DNA of 64,000 bases from Octopus sinensis (lineage: Eukaryota): assembly GCF_006345805.1 (NCBI RefSeq), contig NC_042997.1:192386001-192450000 (forward strand), written 5' to 3'. Within the stretch, counting starts at the first letter, position 1. Every line of letters begins with the position of its first letter. The notes below the pieces were generated by a model. That model did not search any database. It was not told the DNA's origin and saw nothing but the letters and a program-made list of their open reading frames with translations. Positions 52,582-64,000 of this stretch are shown piece by piece. A program made the translations under genes and the position numbers.

Positions 52582-53187
52582 CAGTGGTTCTCAACTATTT
52601 TCTCCTTATAGATCCCTTTGATTCCTATTATATTCTACTGGGCCCCCATAGCCATTCGAATTTTAAATAAAATCCTATTATATTTTTATACATGAATATT
52701 ATTAGGGATTGTATAAAAAAAACTAGCAGTATTGCCCAGCGTTTGTTTTGACCCTTTAGAATTGGAATTTTTGAAAAGTAAAAATTTTGAATTGTGTAGC
52801 TTGTTATTCTCTTTAAGTGAACATTTTTCTGGTTGAAATACACTGAAAAATGGTGACACAGCAATAAAAAAAATCATTAAAAAATAGGGATTTTCATAGA
52901 AAAAAAGCACCTTTTTGGTGTTAACATGGTCTGATTTGAATTTTTTCTTCTATGGAAGGAAGAGCAAGCCTTTTTCTATCATACTCTCAATTTTGGCCAA
53001 CTTGCACCGCAGGGTCTCGGAGGAGATAGTGTTAGTTGACGGCTACCAAACCTGCCATACACAGACAACTTCAGCTTTATATATATAGAGATTTGTTGAA
53101 ATAGTTGTTTTGTAGAAGTATAACCAATGTTGTTGCATGTAAGTTTTAAGAACAAAATCTTATAAGGACTTTGGTTGAGAACCACTG
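52582..53187. mobile_element. Longer hAT-Charlie-type non-autonomous element
   Basis: TIRs cagtggttctcaac / gttgagaaccactg; left arm resembles 6486-6701. Confidence 0.7.
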
Positions 53188-53945
53188 ATTCAATACATCA
53201 GACAAAATGCTTGGCATTTTTTCTTTTCCAGCTCTTTCTGATCTGAGTTCAAATCCCTCTGAAGTCAACTTTGCCTTTTATCTTTTGAGATAAATAAAAT
53301 AAGTTCCAGTTGAGCACTGGGGGTGGAAAGTGGGGTGTCACTGTAACCAACTAACCCTCTCCTACTAAAGATGCTGGCCTTGTCCCAAAGTTTGAAACAA
53401 TTATTATCATTATTACTGAGCTTAACTTTGGCTTTCATCCTTTTGAAGTAGAAATAAATTACCTGTCAACACCTGGGTTGATGTAATCAGCCAGCCCTTT
53501 CTCTTCAGGGCAGTTGATCGACAGAATTGTTAGATTAGAACAATTTCCACAAAGCATTTTGTCCAATAATCTGTTCTGGGTTCAATTCCTGCTGAGCTCA
53601 ACTTTGCTTTTCATCCATTTGGAGTCAGTAAAATCAAATACCTCTGAAGTACTAGGGTCATTTCCCTCAAGACTGCTGGCCTTGTGTTTAATTCAGAAGC
53701 AATAATAATATTGATTTCAAATTTTAGCACAAGGTCAGCAATTTTGGGGAAGTGGGTAAGTTAATTATGTCAGTTCCGTCAGTTCCCAGTGCTCAACTGT
53801 TACTTATTCTACTGAATCCAAAAGGACAGAAGGTGAAGTCAATCTCGGCGGAATTTGAACTCGGAATGTAGACAAATGAAATGTTGCTTAGCATTTTGCC
53901 CAGCTTGCTAGCAATTCTGCCAGCTCATTGCCATAAGAGCAATAC
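53185..53945. mobile_element. Cluster of about four diverged family-B SINE fragments (three +, the last -)
   Basis: Repeated tctgagttcaaat/ctttgcctttcatc/aagtaccagttgagcactgggg motifs; 53710-53945 is reverse complement. Confidence 0.7.
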
Positions 53946-54712
53946 TATTATTAAATAAATCTTAATGAATAAACAGTGGAACTTTAAGTATATAAAGTTA
54001 TAAATAACATGTAGAATTTTGGGTTTAAAAAAAACCCCTTGGATGGAAAAAGGTGATTTTTTTTTTTTCCCAGTATTCTTCACTGAATTATTTATAGATT
54101 TGTCAAACCATCAAAAACCCATGCCAGCATTGAGAATGATAATGATGATGATGAGGACATCTATTTTGAGTTCCACCATTAAAAATGATTTATTTCATAT
54201 CTCTCGTAGTTTTGAAACACCCCTCCTCCTCATCCTCCTTCCCCCTCCTTATCAGCATCATCAAATGGCTTTTTAAATTTTTTATTCATTTAAGGCTGTC
54301 CTTAAGAATTTTAATTTCTACTATCCATCAAATTTTTTTAAAAAATCAATCGTGGTTTATTGAATGTGATCAGACATAATTAAATTTGGCTGGGTGGGCA
54401 GGTGGAGAAGAAAGGTTTGCTTTCATATTACTGATTTTAACCTGTTGGCTGCAGCCATGTTAACAATTTCTTGACTGCATTTCAACTGGAGTCAAACCAA
54501 TTTCGAGATGTTCTGAATGATATGTCAGATCTGATTTAGATTTCTCACTTTCAGTTTCTCTGCACTAAACACAAGTGTATCTTTTGGGGGGAAATAGACA
54601 AGTTAATGATATTCTATATTGTGGTTGCTACTTCAAATGCTTTGGTGTAGTTTTAGTTATTTGAAACAAATACAAGCCGTTGTCTACTCACTAAATGAAA
54701 TTTATTTCTTAG

Positions 54713-55070
54713 GCACAGGAGTGGCTGTGTGGTAAGTAACTTTGCTTACCAACCACATGGTTCCGGGTTCAGTCCCACTGCGTGGCACCTTGGGCAAGTG
54801 TCTTCTACTATAGTCTCAGGCCAACCAAAGCCTTGTGAGTGGATTTGGTAGATGGAAACTGAAAGAAGCCTGTCGTGTGTGTGTTTGTCTCCCCACCATC
54901 ATTTGACAACCTATGTTGGTATGTTTACATCCCCATAACTTAGTAGCTCAGCAAAAGAGGCCGATAGAATAAATACTAGGCTTACAAAGAATGTTTTGGG
55001 ATCAATTTGTTCGACTAAAGGCAGTGCTCCAGCATGGCTGCAGTCAAGTGATGGAAACGAGTATATGTGC
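54713..55070 (+). mobile_element. Full-length family-A SINE
   Basis: ggcacaggagtggctgtgtggtaag...gtgctccagcatggctgcagtcaagtgatggaaac. Confidence 0.9.
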
Positions 55071-55957
55071 ATTTCAGTTTCTGAATGTTCACTCCTGAAT
55101 ACTAACAATTGGAATGAAATCTAAGAGAGGAATTCTTATATTATGTATTAGAGTGGTGTCATAGTCTTGGTTGTTATTTTTTCCACTAAACTTTGGCTGT
55201 TGTACGCTCCAGCCTTTTATGGATGTCTTGTCATTCACCTTCGTCCCTTGCCTGGGTTTGAACTCAGAACCTCTAGTTCCTTTAACTATCCAATATAAAA
55301 TTCCTCATCTCAGAAATACAGAATTGTATTATCCAATCACCACGTAGCCAACATAAGATATCAAAGAAGGTTTATAAGCCTTAAAAATTCACTCTGACAC
55401 TACTTGTGGGGATAGCATAGTGGACAAAGGTGATTAATGCTATGCAGTCACCTAGAAGTTCTGAGTTCAATCCTAGTTACTAAGGTGACTCACAAGACAT
55501 CTGAAGAAGGTTGGATCTTACACAGCCAAAACATAGTGAAAGCAATAATCAAGATGAGGATACCACTTTGACTAACACCTGTAACAAGAGCACTGAGAGC
55601 GCAAACCTTCGCCAAAGCAACACCAATGTCCTCTCAACGATTAGCCAGAGATGACTTTTAAAATGAGAATATATTAAATAAACTTGATTGCTCTCACAAG
55701 CAAGAATACTAAAAATGGACCTGACTGCTCTCAAAAATTAAGTAAAAAAAAAAAAAAACATGAAAAATAATCCAGAATCCTTGTCCTGTACTGGATTATT
55801 CCTAAAATCTAAATAGTTCATGCCAGGCATGAGTTAAGACATCTCTAAAAGTTTCTAAATCTATCCAGCAGTTCTTGAGATATCTTGTCCATAGACAGAC
55901 ATAAAGACACAATTGTTAAATTTTAGTAATTTTTTTTTCTGCCTTACTCCTTTACTC

Positions 55958-56325
55958 TCTTGTATTTGTTTCAGTCATTTGACTGTGTCCATGCTGGAGC
56001 ACCACCTTTAGTCAAAGAAATCGACCCAAGGGCTTATTCTTTGTAAGCCTAGTACTTATTCTATCAGTCTCTTTGGCCGAACCACTGAGTTACGGGGATG
56101 TAAACACACCAGCATCGGTTGTCAAGCAATGTTGGGACACACACACATATATATACACATATATATGATGGGCTTCTTTCAGTTTCCATCTACCAAATCC
56201 ACTCACAAGGCTTTGGTCGGACCAAGGCTATAGTAGAAGACACTTGCCTAAGGTGCCACGCAGTGGGACTGAACCCGAACCATGTGGTTGGTAAGCAAGC
56301 TACTTACCACACAGCCACTCCTGCA
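55958..56325 (-). mobile_element. Full-length family-A SINE, ~185 bp upstream of the CerS exon
   Basis: Consensus head and tail. Confidence 0.9.
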
Positions 56326-56509
56326 ACTTCTTGAACTTTTTCAAAGAAAAATTTTATTTCACAGTTCATTCCTTTAAAGAATTCTTTATAAACTCTTTGA
56401 ATTTAAAAATCTTCTGTGATAATAATAATTGAACATGTAATTTTGATTTGTAAATTTGTTTAATGTGATGAAGCATTTGTAATTGAACAATGTTTATTGT
56501 TTCTTTCAG

Positions 56510-56636
56510 GTATCTATTCAGCCCAATAGGTAGAACACTAGGTCTTAAAGAAGAAAAACATATTCGAATTATTCATCATGAAGCACTGGAGAAAGCTTTT
56601 AGGTTACATAAAACTCCATGTAATGGACTTGTACAG
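56510..56636 (+). CDS. CERS5/6: Internal coding exon of a ceramide synthase (LAG1/TLC family, CerS5/6- or schlank-like), N-terminal part of the Hox-like domain
   Basis: Polypyrimidine acceptor tttattgtttctttcag|G at 56509/10 and donor CAG|gtaaat at 56636/7. The 127-nt exon (1 nt + 42 codons) reads YLFSPIGRTLGLKEEKHIRIIHHEALEKAFRLHKTPCNGLVQ. By recall it aligns with the schlank/CerS segment 'SPxGxxLGI...LEK.....P' after the first TM helix, and the phase-2 start matches the split Arg codon of vertebrate CERS exon 1/2. Paralogue not determinable. Confidence 0.75.
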
Positions 56637-56937
56637 GTAAATATGTTGACAATATTCTTTTCATGGTCTATTTTATGTTGAATTATGTGTTTTGCAATAT
56701 CTTTTAGCTTGTTTCAGTCTTTAGACTGCAGCTATGCTGGGGCACAGTCTTGAAGAATTTTTAGTTGAATGACTCAACCCTGTTAATTTTTTTTTTTAAA
56801 CCCTGATAGTTATTTTATCAGTTGCTTTTGCCAACTGTCAAGTTACAGGGATGTAAACACCAACACCACTTGTCGAGTAAGGGTGGGGTACAAGTATGCA
56901 TGCACATGCTCACACTGAGATACACACACACACACTG

Positions 56938-57270
56938 AGACAGATACGCACGCACCAAGACACAGATACACGCACCGAGGCGCAGATACACACACACCGA
57001 GGCGCAGATACACACGCACCAGGGTGCAGATACACACGCACCGGGGCGCAGATACACACGCACCGGGGTGCAGATACACACGCACCGGGGCGCAGATACA
57101 CACGCACCGGGGGCAGATACACACGCACCGGGGCGCAGATACACACGCACCGGGGCGCAGATACACACGCACCGGGGCGCAGATACACACGCACCGGGGC
57201 GCAGATACACACGCACCGGGGCGCAGATACACACGCACCGGGGCGCAGATACACACGCACTGAGGCGCAG
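56938..57270. repeat. 22-bp GC-rich minisatellite (GCAGATACACACGCACCGGGGC), about 14-15 units
   Basis: Direct reading of the tandem units. Confidence 0.95.
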
Positions 57271-57294
57271 AAAACACTCACACACATACATACA

Positions 57295-57812
<518 letters not shown>

Positions 57813-58169
57813 TCTTTCAGTTTCCATCTACCAAACCCACTCACAAGGCTTTGGTTAGCCTCAGTCTATAGATAAAGACACTTGCCCAAGTGTCACATTG
57901 GGACTGAACCTGGAGTCATGTGGTTGTAAATGAAGGACATTTTTTTCTCCCTACTGTATTTGAAGGCATAAAAGATGCACAGACATATTAAATCATTCCA
58001 ATTTCAGCAGTGCATTAATGCATGTAATATAGGCACAACTTTGCTTAAAGAACCTGGAGTGATTTTAGTTTATATATAATTTTTAAAATCTTTTTGGAAA
58101 AAAAGTACATTTTATATGCAAACAAATATGCTATAGATTTTTCTTTCTTCTACTGTATTTCTTCAAAAT

Positions 58170-58401
58170 CAGTGGTTCTCAATTAGCATCCAAGAGACCT
58201 TTGGTGGGGGGCCATATAAGATTTCATTGTTAGAATAAATTGTTTATACTTGTATAATATACAAAATATTTTTTAACATAATTTCTTATTTAATTATAAA
58301 AATGTGATTTAAAAAAAAAAATTTTGAGTGGTTATGAGGATCCACGTGAGTAAAATAAGAATTAAAGAGGTCCAAGTAAAAAAAATGGTTGAGAATCATT
58401 G
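58170..58401. mobile_element. hAT-Charlie-type MITE
   Basis: cagtggttctcaa / tggttgagaatcattg. Confidence 0.7.
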
Positions 58402-59307
58402 TCCTTAATGAGATTTTGTTTTTAATTTGCTAGTTGAAAATTTAACTGTTCTATAGCTATTTTAGACATATTTGACCTTGTGAACTATGAAAATGTGTCA
58501 GAGTTCTGAAGCAGTAAGTAAAAGGATGTTTGTTTTAGGCAGAGATCTATTATTGTATTCCATGTGGAATGGATCTTAAATATCAGACCAGGCCTTTTTG
58601 ATGTAGTCTTAAGGGTCTGCGGCTAACTAGACATAATTGGAATCTTTAGAATAACCATATTTATGAACTACTGGAGCTGCATGAGAGGAGTTACAAAGAC
58701 GTACGTTGCTTAACTCCTAAAAATAAACAAAGTTAATGATAGTGGTGTGCTTGAAATCTATGTGGCTGTAAACTTAAGTTATATTTACTGCAGTCCATCA
58801 AATTGGTATTATATTGACAGAATTGATACCAGCTGGGCTTCTCATTGCTCTGAGCAAATGAAAGTAAACTTTTTTTTATCTGTTAATGGTGGCTAATCTG
58901 CGTTCTTTACTTTCCAGCTGTTATGTAAATTATCTCTTTGTTGATTACTGGTTTTGCTGTTTTGGTAATAAAACTATAGTTATAAGACAGATTTATTGCA
59001 AGCAGTAAAACTTATCACAAGCAAGAAACCTCAGGCTATCTTGGACTACATTATCTAATGTGTCCTCTTTTACTTTTTATTAAAACAGTATTCTTCAGCT
59101 GTTTTTTTTTCTCATACTTTCCTATACTTTCTCTATACTTTATTCTCAATGTATAAAGCTATCCAGCACCCACTCAGAGTTTGTAGTCTTTCAAACTTCA
59201 TGACAGCCTCACTAGTGCTGGCAGCATTAAAAAAGCATCCAGTACTTACTGTAAAATGGTTGGCATTAGGAAGGGTATCCAGCCATAGAGACTATGCCAG
59301 AGCAAAA

Positions 59308-59541
59308 GGCTTCGAGCTGGCAGAAACGTTAGCACGCCGGGCAAAATGCTTAGTGGTGTTTCGTCTGCTGTTGCGTTCTGAGTTCAAATTCTGCTAAGGT
59401 CGACTTTGCCTTTCATCTTTTCAGGGGTTGATTAAATAAGTACCAGTTATGCACTGGGGTCGATATAATCGATTTAATTCGTTTGTCTGTCCTTGTTTTT
59501 CCCCTCTATGTGTAGCCCCTTTGTGGGCAATAAAGAAATAA
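59308..59541 (+). mobile_element. Full-length family-B SINE inserted in a (GAT)n-tailed SINE (59200-59660)
   Basis: Flanked by near-identical ga(g/a)actatgcca(g/a)agca direct repeats. Confidence 0.85.
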
Positions 59542-59859
59542 GAAACTATGCCAAAGCAGGCATTGGAGCATGATGTAGTGCTTGGGACTATCAGATCCTG
59601 TCAAACCATTCAGCCCTTGCCAGTATAGAACATGAATGCTAGGTGATGGTGATATGATGTGATTTGAGAAAGGTTTGGCTGGAAAATGTAAACAATGCTT
59701 TTATTGTCTAATGTTTATGGCATTTAAGTTCTCCAAGCTGTCACCTCTTTAAGTACTAATTAGGTTTAATATTAAGTTTGATGACCAAATGTCAATTTGT
59801 GTTCTCAGCTTGATGTGGCTATAAACTGTTTTGTTTTTCTTGTTGAAATTACATATGAT

Positions 59860-60215
59860 GCTGGCATGGCTGTATGGTTAAGAAACTTGTTTGCAACCAC
59901 ATGGTTTTGGGTTCTGTCCCACTGCATGGCCTCTTACACAAGTGTCTTCCATTATAGCCTTGAACTAAGCAATACCTTGTGAATGAATCTGATAGATGGA
60001 AACTGCATGGAAGCCTGTTTGTATTTTTCAACTCTTCCTCACTGCTTGACAACTGTTGCTAGTATGTTTACATCTCCATAACATAGAAGTTTGGCAAAAG
60101 AGACCAATGAAATAAGCACCAAGCTTTTTAAAAAAATGTTAGTCGATTTTACTTGACTTGACTATTCAAGATGGTATCCTAACAGGGCTGCAGTCCAATG
60201 ACTGTGGTCCTGTAA
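59860..60215 (+). mobile_element. Diverged family-A SINE
   Basis: Head gctggcatggctgtatggttaagaaac; tail gcagtccaatgactg. Confidence 0.75.
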
Positions 60216-60887
60216 AAGATAAAAGATGATGAGAATACTATGGAGATTCATGAAGGTGGAGGATGCCATTTATTGGTTATTGAAGAAGTATTATGAAACA
60301 TTGTTATTCTGAGTGTTTGAATAGAAATTTTGGGTAGTGTGAATTTTTTTGTAAGACTGCATGCAATAAAGTTGGAATTTTTAGCTGATACTCTTCCAAG
60401 CTATTAACCAAGAAAATCGGAGGAAATTTATCTGAACTGTGAGTCAAAGAAAGGTTAAAAGAAATATTTACCTCTCTGCAGTTGGCTTCACTTATATATG
60501 GATTGTGTTATAGAATCTGGTAATTGATTTGAGCTAAAGAATTGTTGTTGGTTAGAGAAGAGAAGAAAGAAAAAAATTTGCATGAGTTTTATTTTTGAAA
60601 GATTTGTCAGACTGTTTGAATTCTGTCATTGGGCAAACCCCTCCCTTATAAAATTAGATTGTAATAATAGCTATAAGTATCGTAGCTGATGTAGAATAAT
60701 TTGAATAAAGTTTTAACAATTAACTGTTCTGTTTCTCATTCCTGTTTATTGCTTTTTAACTAGGTTAAGTTCATCGTCAGCATCACTAATGTCCATTTTG
60801 ATGTTGATGATAGTTCACTATTAATAGAATAACTATTAAGTAGGCCTATCCCACACATATACTTTATTGGACAAATTCTGACTACAG

Positions 60888-61420
60888 CAGGGGCAGGGAA
60901 ACTTTAGTGCGGTGGTCAAAAATTTCCAAAGAAAAAGGTCCATGGGCAGATCACAAGTTCTAACTCTTATATTTGTGTAAATCTTGTATATATCTATGTA
61001 TAATTTGATATACATTAATAAAGATAAGTTTGAGACATTAAATTAACATGTAGCATTTTCATTATTGCAGCCACTGAATTTAGGACATTTTATATTACCA
61101 ATGAGGTATTTTATATTTTTCAGGTAGTGTTGTTGGGTCTCAAGGGGGTGGTACAAACCTAGCAATATGGGTTTTAGAGTGAAAACAAAATTTCCAATCG
61201 AATGACAGTTACCAGGCGATTTTCTGTTCAAGTCTAACCGTTTAGACTTGTAGTCATAGTGGAGATACAACCTATTGTCGTAAAGGCATACAAATATTGT
61301 ATAAATTTTGTAATTGAAAAATTTACTATATTTTGTACATACAAGTATACCAGCCTGTGTGTGCAATACAATGGGCTCGCAGGTGCAGTTGTGCCTGCAG
61401 GTGGGAGTTCCCCACCCCTG
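60888..61420. mobile_element. hAT non-autonomous element with perfect 8-bp TSD
   Basis: TIRs caggggcagggaaact / agttccccacccctg; GACTACAG at 60880-60887 and 61421-61428. Confidence 0.85.
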
Positions 61421-61428
61421 GACTACAG

Positions 61429-61725
61429 CATGGCTTAGCGGTCAAGGTTCTTCCAACCACGATCATAAGGTTCTGAGTTCAATAACTGGGAGCATGTTAA
61501 TCCTTGAGTAAGACATTTTACTTCACATTATTCCAGTTCACTCAGCTGGCAAATATCTGTAGTACTTGTATTTCAAAGGGCCAACCCTGTCACATTCTGT
61601 GCCCTGCAGAATCTTCTCTGAGAATTATGCTAAGAGTATATATGTTTCTGCATGTTAATTTCACGAGCAGGCTAGTCCGTTGAGTGGATCAACTGGAACC
61701 CTCATTGATGTAACCAACACTGCCA
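61429..61725 (+). mobile_element. tRNA-derived SINE, family E
   Basis: tggcttagcgg..gttctgagttcaa head; tail gagtggatcaactggaaccctc. Confidence 0.75.
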
Positions 61726-61777
61726 GATTGGATTTTTCTGACTACAAGTATTGCCATTATATTATTAATTTATTCAT

Positions 61778-62145
61778 TTACTTGTTTCAATCATTTGACT
61801 GTGGCCATGCTGGAGTGCCACCTTTAGTCGAGTACATCAACCCCAGGACTTATTCTTTGTAAGCCTAGTACTTATTCTCTCGGTCTCTTTTGCCAAACCG
61901 CTTAGTTACGGGGACATAAACACACCACCATCGGTTGTCAAGCGATGTTGGTGGGACAAACATACATATACATATATACGACGGGCTTCTTTCAGTTTCC
62001 GTCTACCAAATCCACTCACAAGGCTTTGGTCGGCCCGAAGCTATAGTAGAAGACACTTGCTCAAGGTGCCTTGCAGTGGGACTGAACCCAGAACCATGTG
62101 GTTGGCAAGCAAGCTACTTACCACACAGCCACTCCTGTGCCTATG
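61778..62145 (-). mobile_element. Full-length family-A SINE
   Basis: Consensus head and tail, well preserved. Confidence 0.9.
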
Positions 62146-62659
62146 TGAACTTTTTTATAATTCTGAGATTATTTTGAAACAAATGAGAAACTGGTTTAAT
62201 TAAATTAACAGCACAACCCCCCCAAGTTTTTTTTTTTAACATATATATTTTATAACAGTAATAAATTGTGTGTGTATATTTCTTTTAACTTTCCTGTCAT
62301 GAATTTATATTCCTAGTCTTGTTTGTTTTTAGTATAGGAAACAATATAAGCATTGTTTATTTAGTAATATAAACAACTGCTGTTAAGAAACAAGGATGTA
62401 TGGAGTGACTGATAGGCATTTTCATGCATTTAATGTAAGGCAAGTTGATTAGAAGAAAATAGTTAAGAATTACTTTGGGTGCAGTGGTCAGTTTAGGATC
62501 ACTGACCTAAAAATTGATTTTTCTGTTGCATTGTTAGGTTCTTAGAAAATGCCCTTAACTCATTTCTCAACAAACCTTTCTCATTTCACAGTTGAATGGT
62601 TTGTGTTAGATGGCCAACAACTTGTAGAAATCATGCTTATCAACAAAAATAATGTAAAC

Positions 62660-63135
62660 ATCTGCATCCATACATACATGCACATCCATGCATGCATGTG
62701 CACGCACATCCATGCATGCACATGCACGCACATACATAAATACATGCACGCACGCACACACATCCATCCATACAGGAATGCACGCATGTACACACATCCA
62801 TACAGGAATGCATGCATGTACACACACACACATCCATACGGGCATGGGACACACACACACACACACACACACACATCCATACAGGCATGGCACACACACA
62901 CATCCATACGGGCTTGGCACACACGCACATCCATACGGGCTTGGCACACACACACATCCATACGGGCATGGGACCACACACACACACACACCACACACAC
63001 ATCCATACGGGCATGGGACACACACACACACATCCATACAGGCATGGCACACACACACATCCATACGGGCTTGGCACACACACACATCCATACGGGCTTG
63101 GCACACACGCACACATGCATACATGCACACATAGA
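62660..63135. repeat. CA/CATG microsatellite grading into a ~27-bp minisatellite (CATCCATACGGGC[A/T]TGGCAC(AC)n)
   Basis: About 11 units starting catccatac. Confidence 0.95.
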
Positions 63136-64000
63136 TGCATACACTTACTGTTGATAGGCCAGTTACTGTGGTATTTATTCTGAAATAACACGTCATATGG
63201 ATGTTGTGTCTAAAGCACAATAATTCTTGCAGAGATGAATGTTCATCCCAGTTGCAGCTATTGAAAGTTCCAGATGCATTTTGCATTTTAGGATCCCTTT
63301 TCAATAATGCATATTCTCAACCAACTGCATCCTTGAATGCAAATCTGGCACCAATGATATTGAAAACTATGTATAAAGCATTCACTTATGTTGCAAATAA
63401 CTGCACATTTGAATAAAATTAGGTGCCACTGAAAAGGCCCCAAAATGCAAAAATGTGTCTGCCATTCTTACTAGCTGCTTCTGCAACCTTTCATCTGATA
63501 TTTTTGGCAGGAAAAATACTGCAGTTAAAGGCCCATCAGTGATGTATATATATTAAATATGATACATAGATGGCTATTTTAGATTTAATATTTCCTCAAT
63601 TGCATATACCAGATTCATGTAAAAGCTTTTTTGTATTTATCTGTTGGCTATTGTTTATAAGCCATCTTCAAGTAAGATAAATTAAACTGTCAGTTTTGGT
63701 TGCTATTTGTTATATCAATGATTATATACAACCATTTCTTAGAGCAGTATTAACTTCCAGTCAACAACTTCCTATAATTTGCAGTCTCTTTAATTATAAC
63801 TTATTTCACTTCACCACATTGTTCTATTGTGCTGTTTATTACAAAGAGGAGAATATTTCACTTTTAATGAGTAATTACAAGTGTTTGTATAATGTTCTAT
63901 TGTATGACACACTTCACAAATGGATATTTTAGATAAGTGGTTCCATCACTGCTTGTAGCTGTAAAGCCTAACACTTGTTCTACTAAAATGCGTTAACTAA

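Noticed and set aside
55405-55480. tRNA-like A/B boxes (tagcatagtgg...gagttcaatcc)
   Set aside because: No cloverleaf or acceptor stem; best explained as a decayed SINE head. No bona fide tRNA or rRNA gene was seen in the window.
56938-57270. Regularly spaced repeats as a CRISPR-like array
   Set aside because: Head-to-tail units with no unique spacers, in eukaryotic DNA with no cas genes.
62549-63304. Six overlapping ORFs of 123-232 aa
   Set aside because: Products of the CA-rich minisatellite.

Overview
AT-rich, repeat-dense metazoan genomic DNA, most likely from an octopod cephalopod. This is inferred from the tRNA-derived SINE families, RTE LINE relics and abundant (TA)n/(CA)n microsatellites, not from a search. 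Almost all of the window is non-coding. Only one host coding exon is well supported: 56510-56636 (+), encoding (R)YLFSPIGRTLGLKEEKHIRIIHHEALEKAFRLHKTPCNGLVQ. It resembles the start of the Hox-like domain of a ceramide synthase (CerS5/6/schlank type). I could not find its neighbouring coding exons in the window. A CpG-retaining, promoter-like island lies at about 8.7-12.4 kb. The rest is several SINE families, decayed RTE LINEs (one near full length), a Helitron Rep relic, hAT/piggyBac/Mutator-type MITEs, and micro/minisatellites. Nearly all long ORFs in the supplied track are artefacts of simple repeats or TE debris. I found no evidence of a novel multi-gene system. The most interesting signals are structural: a 99-bp target-site duplication, a strand switch in SINE orientation, SINE-internal satellite expansion, a perfect 22-bp hairpin in the CpG island, an exact 41-bp dispersed duplicate, and inverted SINEs enclosing the exon. 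All analysis is by eye; TE boundaries are approximate unless a TSD is quoted.
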